Origin: Eledone cirrhosa
Lineage: Eukaryota
NCBI GenBank assembly: GCA_964016885.1
Contig: OZ024741.1
Coordinates: 319,362,001 to 319,426,000, forward strand
Direction: 5' to 3'
DNA: 64,000 bases
Shown here: positions 1-13,262 of the stretch, piece after piece
Layout: the number at the start of each line of letters is the position of its first letter
How positions within the stretch are numbered: position 1 is the stretch's first letter
Translations under genes and position numbers: made by a program
The notes under the pieces: model-generated
What the model saw: the letters and a program-made list of their open reading frames with translations, nothing else
The model's database searches: none
Told to the model about the DNA's origin: nothing

Positions 1-185
1 AGGGATAGGTGATACATATAGTTATTTGCCAAGTAGCGTATGCCAAAGGTGCTCGATACTAGTGCCGGCAGTATTAAATATTCGAAGTGTTAATATTTAG
101 TGGGCTAGAGAGTTAGCAGAGCGTAAGCACGTGGGAAAGTGAAAAATCGGAGAATAGACCGTTAAAACATGTTTATTGAAAATAT

Positions 186-224
186 CACCTACGTACGTTT
201 CGCCCAGTTGGGCTTCTCAAGGGC
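186..224 (-). ncRNA. Minimal hammerhead ribozyme motif, U3-A8 core variant, in the PLE 3' pLTR
   Basis: Minus strand reads GCCC TTGAGAA GCCC-AACT-GGGC GAAA CGTACG TA GGTG. Palindromic stem III, weak stem I. Confidence 0.75.
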
Positions 225-475
225 ATAAACAGTCACAAGTGTTCCTTATATAGTTTGGAAAGAGATTTGGGGGTTAAATCGACATCAAGATTCGTCGCTC
301 GCAAAAATATCTTGTTTTGATTTTGCAGCAGGTCAAGGGAGGTAACTTTGGCCGGTGTTAGGGCAGTCTTTCCCGGATAATTTTTGGTATGCAGGGATCG
401 TTTTCTGGGTGTTGTTTTGCTGCGCCTGCCCGCCGGGGTGTTAAGATTTGTTGCAGGGAGATCCAGTGTGTTATT

Positions 476-2360
476 TCACTCTCCATTCTTAACCCATCTA
501 AAGAAGGATATTTTTAAGCGATGTGTACAACTTATCGCTGTTTCAGCTCTGCTGTTGATGAGCTCGTGGGGTGCAGTTATGATGTGGTAGAGCTCCATGA
601 GGCAAAGATCGCATTTCCTCTTGAAGTTGTACGGTGCAGCCCTGTCGACAATCTCCCAGTGCGTGGAGAAGCTAATGTTTAAGTCCTTTAGTGATGTGAT
701 GTAGTCCGCGAGCGAGGTGGAGTGCCTTAATTTTCTATTTGTGAAAGAGTGGAGATGTGTTCGAAACCTAATTTTGAACGGGCCGGAGGTGGCCCCTATA
801 TAATGTTTAACGCTATTGTGGCTAGTAATAGTGCATCTATATATAACCCTATCGGTCAAGCAGTATCCTCTAAGGGGGCACCGTCCTCTGTCGCGGCAGT
901 TGCAATTTCTGTCGCTGTTCCGTCTATTTCCCACGATAAGGCTATCATTGTTGTTGCCTACGTTGTTAGCTGTGATACCGCAGCTGTCGTTAGCACAATT
1001 ATAACCCACAGCACGCGGGATGGTGCGATTGTTATTCCGCACGCCATGTTTTGCATGCTCCCCAGTCACTTCGCGGTCATTCTGGTTGCGTCTGCGGATG
1101 CCGTTGCCAACACTATTGGATGCTGCCAGGGAGTTGTTAAGGCCAATACAGTTATTGTCAGGTGTAGGTGCGTCTGCGTCGAGGTGCTGTGTCTTGGTGA
1201 TCTTACTGTGGTTCGTTGTTCCTATGATGTCTGCTAGGTTAGGAGTAGTAGAGAAGGATATTTTTATATTGTTCCTATTAAGAATTTTTCTATACCTATG
1301 GTTGGGTGGGAAGTTCTTCTCTAAGGCTTCGAAGAATATCCGGGGTATGTTGGAGGCCACACTTCGAGAGTAGGGGGTGGGTGGGTGGAACTATAGGACG
1401 TTACGGTGGCGATTACGTGTCCTTGTACTTTTGCTACGGGTGGTTCCATCTAAGTGATCGCTCTTATGTGTGTTAATGCGCTGTCGCCCGTTCGGTGCCC
1501 CTTTCACTTTATGCTCGGGTGCACTCTTTCTACCACTTCCATGTTTATGTACACGAAGATGTTGGTTGGAAGGCGTTGGTAGTAGGCCGTCGCCTTTGTT
1601 GGTTTTGTAATAGGGGAATAGTTTGAGTAATCTACAGTATTCACCGTCGCCGGGGACGTGATCTTTGGTGCGGTTATCTATTCTATTATATCCGACTTTA
1701 CCGAGGTCGCCGCGTGATCGGTTATAGGTATGGCTTACTATAACGTTAGTTTTATGAGGGGGGTGGTTTCTAGAGCTAGCGTTAGGGATGTAGGAAATTC
1801 CTCGGTTAAAGCCGGCGCTTATCAGGGCCCTATTGTAGTAATCAGCCGCTTGGTTGAAGATATCCTCATTGGCGGATAGTCTCGAGATTCTATGTGAGAT
1901 ACTATAGACTATGGAGTTAAGAGTCTGCTTAGGGTGGTTGGAGGCATAATTAATATAAGAGAGGCACTCTCCAGGCTTATGGTATGGCTTGTATAAGCCC
2001 GTACTCAACTCCAGGGTCACGTCCAGGAAGTTGACAACCCTGTGGTTGAGGTCCATAGTTACGGATAGGCCGTATGACTTAAAGAACCTGTGTATATGTT
2101 TGTTAAGGTTCTCTATCCTACGGGGGCTATGGTTCCTAACGGTAAACAAGGCGTCGTCCCTATATACACCTCCTTGTAGAGCCGGTATTTCTTCCCTAAG
2201 CTTATGTAGGAGGTATATCCCAACCAGGTCGGTTGCTTGCGCTGAGTCGCTGGACCCCATCGTGACATCGAAGTTATCAGGACGGTTGGTTCTGGTCCAG
2301 TGGGAGCCTTCGAACTGGATAATGGTTCTACGTGCCGCTAGAATTATGTCTATTTCTTTT
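476..2360 (-). pseudogene. PLE RT-GIY-YIG ORF interrupted by one in-frame TAG (1391-1393)
   Basis: ORFs 1391-2260 and 476-1360 are in the same frame. RNVL*FHPP aligns with RNVTWFNPP of copy 2, i.e. TGG>TAG. Confidence 0.9.
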
Positions 2361-2383
2361 TATATATATATATCTGTCCTTAG

Positions 2384-2620
<237 letters not shown>

Positions 2621-2789
2621 ATAGTCGCTAATAATATGAGCTATGCGCAAAGGTATTTCAACTACAGATCTTCAATCGTGGTCACACACTAAACGAATTG
2701 TCTAACACCAAACACAACTCGAGTCCTAACTACTAATCATAACCAATTTCCTAACCAATCACCACCTTCACGATCATGATTACTGGTGA

Positions 2790-3190
2790 TGTTTTTTCCT
2801 CTGCTTTTCTTCCCCGCTTGCATGTATTGGACTGATCTTTTCCAGCACAACCTCCCTCCATCTACAATGTCCCTTCATCATCTCCTTTGTCGTGTTGAGC
2901 CTTTTGAGATCCACTCTTATTACTTCTTCTCGCTAGGTCTTCCTTGGCCTTCCACTACTGCAGCTTCCTTCAATTAGGAACTCATGGCATTTTTTCACCC
3001 AATAATCATTATCTATACGCAGCACATGTCCATACCAGCACATTCCTCTCTCTCGCACACTACATTTGATTATTTATATACCTAGTTTCTCTCCCAACCC
3101 TACCATGCTTTGCCGTTCATGCATATTAACATCAAACATCTATCTAAGCAGGCTCAATTTATTTCTCCCATGTCTCCACATATCCTCTGT
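2790..3190 (-). mobile_element. Decayed RTE-type LINE 3' fragment
   Basis: Minus-strand translation WYGHVLRIDNDYWVKK...GRPRKT, typical RTE C-terminus with stops. Confidence 0.65.
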
Positions 3191-3309
3191 ATAATAAATT
3201 TAATAAATTGTACTAAATTTTATTGCACATTACTGTATGCACTAACATACACGCACAAACAAACAACATAAAGCATACAAACAAACAAAATTAATAAATC
3301 TGATTTTCT

Positions 3310-3482
3310 AGTCTCCCTCACCATCCTCCGGGGAAACGCTTTCTCTATTCTGTCCGTCGGGGCCGAGCAGTGGCCAGCGCGTGGGCCCCCATTTGCTCAC
3401 AATAGTGAGAGATGAGGAAAGTGGGAGAGACGGAGGCAGTGGCAGTGAGAGTTTGGTTCTTTTGTGTTCGGATCTGGTGTAT
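3310..3482 (+). mobile_element. CRE-clade LINE 3' end fragment
   Basis: VSLTILRGNAFSIL (CRE RLE C-terminal xxQRGNA-type motif). Homologous to 30797-30995 on the minus strand. Confidence 0.6.
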
Positions 3483-3486
3483 ATGC

Positions 3487-3777
3487 AGGGGCCTAGCTTG
3501 CCTTAAAAATGTGTGGGACAAACCAACATTTGTTGATTCTTAAAGGAGCATAAATTACTTATGGTGCCTTTCCCGGACCCTATCACATAAGTAAAATTTT
3601 ACGCTAATTAAATTTTATATATTCAAATGAAGTTCAGATATAAAAAAATAAGCTTAAAAAAGAATTTATTATATCAAATAAACAAAAAATAAAATATAGA
3701 CGTTTGAAAAAGTGTGTGTGTGTGTGTGTGTGGGGAGGGGACTTGTCCCCTGGTACCTCCCCTGAAACAAGGCACTT
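3487..3777. mobile_element. Non-autonomous DNA transposon/MITE-like dispersed repeat
   Basis: About 210 bp recur inverted at 54250-54475. Imperfect terminal inverted ends (caggggcc..cttg / caaggcacttg). Confidence 0.5.
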
Positions 3778-4366
3778 GTGTATATGTATATGTTTGACGG
3801 ACACACACACACATCTTAGATATTAAGAATGTTGAAGTTAGTATTGAAACGGTAAAATACTAGATACACCAATTCTGATTTAGCTAAATAACAGTAAAAA
3901 AATCAACAAAAGCCTTAGGTAGTTGCAGTTTAGTGTTTACTATAAAGACAAATAATCCAAACCTAAAGACTCCACTGCTTTTGTTCTTATCTTCCATCTT
4001 CCCTCACAGCATCATTCCTCATCCATTATTGTCTGCCCAGAATTTGATCAATGGCGGCGAAACTTGATACCTTTTGCATTTTTTTCAACTTCCTTTCCTT
4101 TCTCTTTTCTTTGTATATATATTTTCTTTTAGTTTGTATATTTTTATAAATAAAATTTTATTTTAAATCCTCTCTTCCGCTTTATGTAGTCCGAATAAGT
4201 TGTTGCTGTTGTTATGATGATGACGATGATGATAATGGTGATGATGATGGTGATAATGATGATAGTGATGATATTAGAAGTGTTAAGTCGATTGCTGCTG
4301 ATGTTATTGTTATTGTTGGAGTAGATGACAATGGCGTCGTTGTTGTTAATTTTATCAATGATAATT

Positions 4367-4473
4367 ATTTCTACTTTTGGCACAAGACCAGCAATTATCC
4401 CAGTGCATTACTGGTACTTTATTTTATCGACCCCGTAAGGATGAAAGGCAAAGTTAACCTCGGCGGGATTTGA
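4367..4473 (-). mobile_element. tRNA-derived SINE family 1, partial
   Basis: Matches the full copy at 49045-49225 (gcctttcatccttacggggtcgataaaataaagtaccag core). Confidence 0.85.
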
Positions 4474-4692
4474 TCAATGAATTTTAACAATGATAATGAT
4501 GATAAATATGTTGGAGATGTTACGAACGTTGTTATTGTTGTTATTGTTGTTGTTATTGTTGTTGTTGATGGTGGTGTTGTTGATATTCTTAGGGTGATGT
4601 ACTTGTTCTTGCTGTCGTTATTGTTATTATAAATGTTGCTGATGATGTTGGTTTCGTTGTTGTTGTTGCTGTTGCTGCTGCTGTTATTAGTT

Positions 4693-6543
4693 TTATCTAG
4701 CCATTGAGAATATCCTGTCCAATTTGGCAGTCTCATTTATCTCCTTCGTGGCTCTATCAAGAGGTGGGTCCCCTTTCCTCAGTTTCGGTTGTTTTCGAAG
4801 GTTGGCGGATAGTTTCATAGAAGTAACTTCACCCCTGCTGTCCCCAGCAATGATGCTGTAATTCTGAGGGTTAAAAGCTATCCGGGTAACCTCAGTATCC
4901 TTCTTCCTCACCACCACTTGATCACACATCGGTTCGTAGCGGTTGAGATTCAAGTCATACACGAGGACATGACCTTTTGATGTGGAGGCAGCAAACACAC
5001 TAGCCGAATACGGTGCCCAAGCGACATCAGTTACCTTGGTACCCAGATCAAACGTAAACAAGGGCTCCTTGTAATCCTCGTCGTATTCCCATACCTTCAC
5101 ACTCCAGTCGTTACTGCAGGTAATGAATGTGTTAGGATGGAAGTAATTCCACTCGATTTTGTTTACGCCCATGCTGTGGGCATCCAGTGTGTACAAAACC
5201 TCATTACAGTACCTCTTTGAGCAGACGTGAACTTTGCCCGTTTGCGTGGCAAATAGATATAAATGGTCAGACTTTCGGTGGAAATCCAAAGTGCTGCCAC
5301 AACCAAACGGCAAAATGGGCACGTTGTTGTCCCAGAAAGAAAGAGGTTCCATTTCTAACTTCAAAAGTTCAACTTGAACTAATTCCTCTTTGATGAGACT
5401 CCATAGTAATACCCTTCCGTCGGTAGACACTGAACAGAAGATCAAATCCACATCTTCAGATTTTGGCTGCCATTTCACTTCTGTTACATCGTAGTGATGT
5501 TTCCCTGTATAACTAGAAGATTTTTTAACCAAAGCGTCCTGGCCTTTGCATAGGTTATACACTACAACATGGCCGTTGTAAAGCCCGACACATATGTAAT
5601 GAGGGAACTCAGGGTGAATATCCAAAGTCATAACACTACTATTTGTGTAAAATGTATACATCGGATATGACGGGTTTTTTAAACTATACAGCAGTATTGC
5701 ACCACCGTTTCTTTGCCGAAACACATTGTAGGAGCCGAAGCCGGCAGCGAAAAGATCTGAATAGTTATTGTTCCAACATACTGACGTCACACTGAAACCC
5801 AGAGTATTTTCGAATGTGAACTTCCACAGGGGTAACATAGTTCCGTAGGAAACGTGAAATTCATCTGATTCATCTTCGTAATATTTGTAATCCGTTGTAA
5901 TCTCGTCGAAAATATTTTGATTCACCATTCTTTCCATCATCATAACCGATTTTTTAGAATCCAAAAAATTAATGGTGGTTGTTTTTTTCCTCTCAATTTC
6001 ATGCTTTTTTGAATCATTTACATAGGAATCATAAATTTCCCACTGGTTAACATTGGCCGAAAACGCCGCTTTTGGAGGCGGATCCGTCAGAGTACCCTGC
6101 TCGCGAGGCCTGAAATTAAAGGTCTGGGTGCCGCGATCACCATAATTAAAAGCATTCACTAATTTTTTGTCTACAATTTTCACTGTAGATAATTCCTGTT
6201 CTTCATCGTCTAGTGTGTCAACTTTCAGTTTTGGGGCATCTAAAAGATCTTTGTGAAAAACGTGTCCTTCCAGCAAAGACAAAGTTAAAACTTGATCTGA
6301 TAATGGTACCGAAATGTATTCTGATTTTATGTAGTCAAAACGAACTAAATTCTCAAATTCTGGTATGAAAGTTGGTGTCAATATTAAACTTAATTCTTCT
6401 TTCAGTTTCATATCGCTTAGTTTTACATCTAACCATAATGATTTACGACGACTATAATTTTCCATTTTGATCATTTCATTATCAGTAGAGTCAATCACCT
6501 TCATACGACTCTCTTTTCTAAATGAGAGCCTCTTGGGAACCAT
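4693..6543 (-). CDS. DNAI1: Axonemal dynein intermediate chain 1-like WD40 protein, single coding exon, 616 aa
   Basis: Diagnostic stretches LVNAFNYGDRGTQTFN, FSANVNQWEIYDSY, MERMVNQNIFDEI..DYKYYED, LPLWKF, DLFAAGFGSY, LYSLKNPSYP, DVAWAPYSASVFAA, SMKLSANLRK; several WD40 repeats; no stops. Confidence 0.9.
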   Translation of the reverse strand: MVPKRLSFRKESRMKVIDSTDNEMIKMENYSRRKSLWLDVKLSDMKLKEELSLILTPTFIPEFENLVRFDYIKSEYISVPLSDQVLTLSLLEGHVFHKDLLDAPKLKVDTLDDEEQELSTVKIVDKKLVNAFNYGDRGTQTFNFRPREQGTLTDPPPKAAFSANVNQWEIYDSYVNDSKKHEIERKKTTTINFLDSKKSVMMMERMVNQNIFDEITTDYKYYEDESDEFHVSYGTMLPLWKFTFENTLGFSVTSVCWNNNYSDLFAAGFGSYNVFRQRNGGAILLYSLKNPSYPMYTFYTNSSVMTLDIHPEFPHYICVGLYNGHVVVYNLCKGQDALVKKSSSYTGKHHYDVTEVKWQPKSEDVDLIFCSVSTDGRVLLWSLIKEELVQVELLKLEMEPLSFWDNNVPILPFGCGSTLDFHRKSDHLYLFATQTGKVHVCSKRYCNEVLYTLDAHSMGVNKIEWNYFHPNTFITCSNDWSVKVWEYDEDYKEPLFTFDLGTKVTDVAWAPYSASVFAASTSKGHVLVYDLNLNRYEPMCDQVVVRKKDTEVTRIAFNPQNYSIIAGDSRGEVTSMKLSANLRKQPKLRKGDPPLDRATKEINETAKLDRIFSMAR

Positions 6544-6610
6544 TTTACTGCCCTTCGTCTTGTGTTATCAACACAACGATTTATGAATTCATATATCAAA
6601 TAAAATAAAA

Positions 6611-7240
6611 TGTATGTATGTATGTATGTATGTATGTATGTATGTATGTATGTATGTATGTATGTATGTATGTATGTATGTATGTAGGTATGTGTGTGTG
6701 TGTGTATGTATGTTTGTATGTATGTGTGTAAGTATGTATGTATGATATGTATGTAGTATGTATGTATGTGTATGTATGTATGTATGTATGTATGTATGTA
6801 TGTATGTATGTATGTATGTATGTATGTGTAAGTATGTATGTATGTATGTGTGTGTGTAAGTATGTATGTGTGTAAGTATGTATGTGTGTATGTATGTATG
6901 TATTTACGTATGTATGTGTGTAAGTATGTATGTATGTATGTATGTATGTATGTATGTATGTATGTATTTACGTATGTATGTATGTATATATGTATGTATG
7001 TATGTATGTGTAAGTATGTATGTATGTATGTGTGTGTGTAAGTATGTATATGTGTAAGTATGTATGTGTGCAAGTATGTATGTATGTATGTATGTATGTA
7101 TGTATGTATGTATGTATGTATGTATGTATGTATGTATGTATGTATTTACGTATGTATGTATGTATGTATGTGTGTATATGTGTGTTTGTGTATATATATA
7201 TGTATGTGTGTGTGTGTTTGTGTGTATGTACGTGTGTGTA
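6611..7240. repeat. (TATG)n compound microsatellite
   Basis: Direct observation. Confidence 0.97.
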
Positions 7241-7959
7241 TGTTAGAAAATGTATATGTTAGAAAATATATAAACAGAGGCAAAAACTAAAGTTGATCTA
7301 CATACAGTTCCTCTGAACACTCTGGCCCCCGTTCCTCGTTGATTTAATTCAAAATTGTTTCTCTTTACTCGCTTTCTCTTCCTCTCTCTCCCCCTTTCTC
7401 TCTCTTTCACTATCTATCTTTCTATCTATCTACCTATTACGTAAAACAGCGTCTTTATAACAGAAACTGGTCACGTGATAATATTTTTTCATCGTTTGTA
7501 CTACAACCTTCTAAACACAATAACAATTGCTCTGAACCAGTGACATCATAAACAAACTACGTCGTTCAGAATATGGAGCGCCGGTAATCATTCGAATTAA
7601 CTTCACTTTTGCACGGAAAGAAAGAATTGCAAAATATATGAATCGAAATTAGGATTCGAAAATATATAAACTGTATGTATTATAAAGACTCGTAACCCTT
7701 GGTGGAGTCATCAAGGCGCCGTAGTTACATACAGTGTATCGTACACAATTTAAACCCGGCAGAACCCATACACCCTCCAGAGAGTAGGTCACGACTGGAA
7801 ATAAAAGAAAATATCGCATCGTATTACTTAAAAAAAAGAAGATATAGAGGAAGCGAGTACAGCAGTGGGCAGGTACGTCTCTATCTACCCCGAAATGGGA
7901 AGGCACCCCCCCCCCCCCCCCACAGCATGTTCATTTTATCATTACGTAAGTCAAGAAAA

Positions 7960-8500
7960 AAGTTTTCAAACATACATTGATATATACAGCACAAGAACGT
8001 CTCAACAAATATGTCTTAATCACTAAATTCGTAAAATCTGTCCAGCGAATCCTTCCTTAGACTACATGTTTGTAACATCGGAGCAGTAACCTCTGAATTC
8101 GGAGAAGTAGCGGCTCTACCTGGAGCGAGTCCCTGATCTCCAAGCTACGCATTTTATCGAGTAAGGTTAATCCAAAGACCCTTCGGAGGACCCCAGTTCA
8201 ACCGCTTTGTTCGCGATCATATTCTTTCGGTCATTACCCGAGATTCATGACCATAGGTTAAGGGTTGGCGCGAATAACGAGTTTGATTTTTACAGCTACC
8301 TCCCTTCGTCTGATGACCGAATGCTGAAGCTGGCGTGTTACGGCAGGCGACCCAGGGATAGACCCCGAGAAAGAAGGTTGGATTACAGCCATGAGCTCAG
8401 CTGGTCTCGCTTGGGAATCCAGCCAGATCAATTATGGAGAGTTACCTCTGATAGGACGCACTGGAAAGCGTGCTTGATGAATCTGTCTCCATGACCCTCA
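7960..8500 (+). mobile_element. Decayed RTE-type LINE 3' fragment
   Basis: GRRPRDRPRERRLDY..LWRVTSDRTHWK resembles the RTE C-terminus. Confidence 0.55.
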
Positions 8501-8634
8501 CAAGAATAAGTAGGCAAAGAAGAAGAAGACTAAATTCGTGACTTAATTTAAGCAAAAGAAATGTATATATTATTATATCTAGATTTTGAGTTAGACATAA
8601 AATATGTAATTCCTTACATAAAAACTTCACAGGT

Positions 8635-9090
8635 ATGTTAATTTACTCCTCGCCTTCTCTACCCTACTTCCTTTCTCTAGAAACGAACTATTCTCAAATT
8701 TGACTGTGTTGAAAAACCAAAATGACGGAGGTATTCGGTCTATCAGAGTTGGCAACGTCATCCTACGACTCGCTGCTAATATATGCTTGGAGTCAGCTGA
8801 GCAGAACCTCAGCGTGAAACTGAGCTTCACCCAACTCAGAGTCGGGGTGAAATGATGGTATTAGGTAGCTATTCCTGCAGGCAGATATTCTATTTAGAAA
8901 GTACTCGGCCACAACCACCCCGTCTCCTTGTAAAACTGGACATGTGAAACGCCTTTATTAGTGTTAGGAATTGCCATATCCTAAAGGGGAAACAGAGACG
9001 GGTCTCTTCGGCGCATCTCTCTCATGAGATATCAAACATGCTCATCGCTGCTTGCAAGATAATTACATCCACCTCCAGTAAATTCACGCT
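8635..9090 (+). mobile_element. CRE-like LINE RT fragment, decayed
   Basis: GGIRSIRVGNVILRLAAN..QLRVGV..LLVKLDM*NAFISV match CRE RT domains 1-3, with stops. Confidence 0.65.
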
Positions 9091-9099
9091 TCTCTTTTT

Positions 9100-9195
<96 letters not shown>

Positions 9196-9339
9196 TTTAA
9201 CTATCTCAATCATGTTGCTACAATTAGAAGTTCACTTTCCAGTCTTCTTCTTATGGTTTAGTCTCTCAAGACGTGGTTCACTTCGTTCCTGCAAGGTTGT
9301 TCTATTTTCACTGTTCAATCTTTTGCATTGAAATTTTGA

Positions 9340-12300
9340 TATTATTTTGAAGCTTAGTAAGCCAGTATACGTGTGAGCTGGTTCGTTTAGCTCCACTTGA
9401 AGCCCTTAGAGGCAAAATCTGTGTTTGTTTTTCTATGAAAATTGAGATAGCGGACAAAAGTATTGCGTCCGCTAAACAGAATGGCAGACTGTCCATAGAG
9501 TGGAACAGCCAAAATTCCGAAAATAATAACAGCAGCAACAACAACAGCAAGAACAGCAGTAACAGCAGCAACAGCGACCAAAATTTATTTCATAAAAACA
9601 AAGCGGACTTTCCAGCTCTGCCAATGATCACAACGCTGAATACCTCCACCGCCACCACAACGACGGTAGGCGTGGCCAACAGCACAGCCCCCCCCCCCCC
9701 CCACCACGAAACAACGGAAACTAAAAACAAAATGAACACACATGACAGCAACAACATAAATGATAACAACAATACCACCACCGCTAAACGGAATGACGGG
9801 CTTTCCATAGAGTGGAACAGCCAAAATTCTGAAAACAATAACAGCAGCAGCAGGGACAGTGGTAGCAGCGGTAGCAACAGCAGCAGTACCATCAGCAAGA
9901 CCAGTAGTAGCAGTAGCAGCAGCAACAACACCAAGAACACGACCAGTAGCAACAGTAGCGTCAGCAACAATGGTGCCCCTGAAAAAGGGACCATTTTTTT
10001 TGCGGAGGTGGCCCGGAATGTAGAGACAGTGATTGTCACGGAGGAGGAGATTGCGGTCACAAGGGCGATGGCGACTAGGAAAGTAAATAGAGTCTCCCTG
10101 AAATCTCCACCCGATTTTTTCAAAGACCAACAACTGCGTACGGTGACTTATCGTGCTAAACAAAAAATCACATCTGGAGAGAGCCACGGAGGCTCAAATT
10201 CGAAAGGCCTTGGGGTGCGTGTGGGCGCGCAAAACCCACATCAGCCGAGGCAAAAAATATGCCACCGTGAAAGTACTTTTTGCCACCCTCCAAGAGCCGA
10301 AGGCTCACTCTTTAGGTAACCCTAAAGAGTGAGCAGATAGTGTTGGTGTCCTCCTACTGCGGGCAGAAGATTTGGAGGGTCAAAGTGACCCAGGTCCCGC
10401 CCGATGTGCCCATATATTGGCTGGCCGCGTCTATCCGCACCGGAGTTGAGGAGAGGACGACCACACATCAAGTGCAGAGGATAGGGAGGGAGAACTGGTC
10501 AGATATTGGAATGCAAGTGCTAATCCAAACTGACCAGGAGTGCATCGAGACTATCCCAGACGTCATAGACCTCGAAGAAGGAGTTCAACTCCCCATAAGC
10601 GTAGAAGGAAGGCGCCCAAAGTACTTTCTCTGTGAGTCGAAGGTTCATCTCAGGGCCTTTTGCCCGTAGAAGACAGCAAAGGCGAAGGCCCCACCCTTCT
10701 TCCGACGCCTGGTCCGCTGCTACCAGGATCAGGGCAAGCAGTAGAGGCGTCAGGCCCTTCTGCGGTGAGTAGGAGGGCAACGTCGGTGGCATCCATATCA
10801 AGGTCACGGACAACTAAAACAATAGCAGCAGTGGCGGAAACACCAACAGTCGCAATAGCTACACCGGCGACAAAATCGCCGGAGAGGGCTCCACTACTAC
10901 CACCAACAGCCGTGGAGTTCCCTCCCAGACATGGAGTGTGAGGCGGGAGTGGATTGGCAAAAGCTCAGCCACAAAAAAAAAGGAAAAACATCTTAGCTTC
11001 ACACTCCAAAAGCAAGGGCAAACAAAGAGGGGTGAAGGCTGCAAAGCGATTGCAGCAACACCACCACCATCACCATCACCACCACAAGCATCACCACCAC
11101 CAACAACCACACCACCACCACCATCACCATAACCACCAACATCGCAAACACAATAAGGCGCACACCCAACAGCAGCAACAAGAAAACAGCCCCCCCCCCC
11201 CCAAAAAAAAATTAAGTAGCCATAAACATTGCAAATAAAGAACTTATGGAACATATAAAGCAGAAGCAGCACAGACATTACAGACAAAAATTACTACACC
11301 CCACCAACACCAAGAACTTTCCCGAAAAATATAAAACAAAACAAAAATTCCCCAACGCGTTGGGGACTTCAGAGGGTCGCTTACCAAGAGAATATATACG
11401 GACATTATCTTGGGGCAGGATGGCCAGATTTCTTCAGACTTCTAGAGACCTTTCTGGGAACGTCTCGCTCTTTAGTGTTTGTGGGCGACGCGAACGATAT
11501 ATTAGATTTACGCTGGGATTATGCGGGACTAGTAGATAGGGGAGGAGGGTGTAAAAGCCTCACCAACTTGCTCAGACGTTTTGAACTGTCTGACAGGTAT
11601 CGACTGGATTATTCGAATGTGCGAATGTGGACATTGGCAAACCGCATCGCGTCATCCAAATCGTATCTAGATAAGGTATTCTGTAGGGAAACAGATAAGG
11701 CTAGTGTAGGTTGTTCACAATTTACAGTAGTCGACTACACGGACCACAAATTTGTGATCTGTGAAGTCGACTTAGAGAGACTGCTTAGGCAAGGGCACAG
11801 TTACTGGAAGCTGAACGCGTCGTTCCCGGCGCGCAAAGCTTACAGAGACCGGATTAGCGAATTAGTTAAGCGTGCGTTGACGGGTGCGATCGTCAACAAC
11901 AGGTGGTGGTTTGCCTTGAAAAGGGAAATTAGAGTAGAATTGATAAGGTTTAGCAAAGGACTAGTGATAGAGGAAAATAGAGTAGAGAGAGAGCTAGTTA
12001 GAAAGCTAGAAGGGGCGTTTAGGACAGGCATCGTTTAGGACGTGCTTGCGGCGAGATTGGCACTCGGCCGATTCTTCAACGCAAAGCACGAAAGCTGCGT
12101 TGTCAGAGCTAGAACGCGTGCTCTGAGGTACGAGGGACACGAACCGTCCAATGGGCCCGGGTGGTGGAGGCGCGACGTGGCAACAAAGCCACAATTCTGT
12201 CTTTGCCTGATCAAAACGGGCGCATGTTGTTCGAACCCGAGCAGATGTGTGAGGCTTTTCAGCAGCACTTTGCTCAACTGTTCGGGAGCCAAGGCAGGCC

Positions 12301-12355
12301 GGACTTCGGTGCATACCCCGACAGACTGCCATGGCTCTCGACGACCGCATTGGTC
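9340..12355 (+). mobile_element. L1/Tx1-clade LINE, 5' portion: frameshifted ORF1 with Zn-knuckle and APE endonuclease of ORF2, truncated before RT
   Basis: VEGRRPKYFLCESKVHLRAFCP (degenerate CCHC); FVGDAN, SYLDKVF, TDHKFV, YWKLNAS (APE and the L1/Tx1 post-EN motif). Confidence 0.8.
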
Positions 12356-13084
12356 ATACAACTTCAACACTCACTCTAAGTATCACCATGTATTTAAGCA
12401 TTTATGCATTTACAAGAACCAATTACAACACACTACACCCTCTGCACTCTACAAAACAAAGCTGGAAAGGAAAACACTAGTGGACAATATATTCATAACA
12501 ACAATGAAAAAACAAAACAAAACAAAAACAATGCACGAAAAACAAAAAACAAAACAAAACAAAACAAAACAGTCGATTATCTTCTAAATCTGATGTTTTC
12601 CCCTTTTTCTATTAAATTGTAATTACATATATTTTTACACATAATAAAATATATGTATTCTTAGTAGAAAAAAAAATTAAGATTATGGAAGTGTGATATA
12701 TATGACGTCACAATACTGAAATAAACGCACAAACAACATACGTACGTCATAAACAAGCAAACACTTAACTGATGACATTTAACCTTTTAAACTTCTAGTG
12801 TTATTTTATGATGGGTTTAGGAAGTTTGTTGTTCTAAACGAACTGCAAAAAAAAGATACAGAAAATAAATGACTTATAAAAAGTAAAAATTGTATATCGA
12901 CGTTTTTTTAAATAATGTATGTATATATACATACGCATATATACGTACACATATATGCACATACACGTGTACATAAAGGCATACACACATACACACTCAG
13001 ACATAACAGGCATAAACATATATATATATTATATATATACACACACAGACACACACACACACACATACACACACACACGCACAC

Positions 13085-13160
<76 letters not shown>

Positions 13161-13207
13161 GTATATAGATAGGTTCCCGAGTATAGGCAACTTTATTTTA
13201 TATTGAA

Positions 13208-13262
13208 ATGACTTCTACAGCACTAGAACTGTCTCATCCATATGAAATCATTAGGAAAGTCT
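13208..13262 (-). ncRNA. Decayed hammerhead, family B
   Basis: GACTTTC CTAATGA TTTC..GGAT GAGA CAG TTCTAGTG CTG TA GAAGTC; two core mutations relative to 15298-15348. Confidence 0.55.

Larger units (their letters stand above)
1..2360 (-). mobile_element. Penelope-like retroelement copy 1 (5'-truncated into (TA)n; RT + GIY-YIG + 3' pLTR/tail running off the window start)
   Basis: RT motifs (FDVTMGSSDSAQATDLVG, GGVYRDDAL, VNFLDVTL, YINYASNHP), CxC-x5-CPL-x3-C linker and GIY-YIG-type EN (VIYRC..HYIGAT..FKIRFRTH..CDLCLME..LINSR). Clearly homologous to the 60515-62023 ORF. Confidence 0.93.

Noticed and set aside
1391-1393. In-frame stop in the PLE ORF as possible selenocysteine or recoding
   Set aside because: It is a single TAG at a conserved Trp (TGG>TAG), not TGA; ordinary decay is the simpler explanation.
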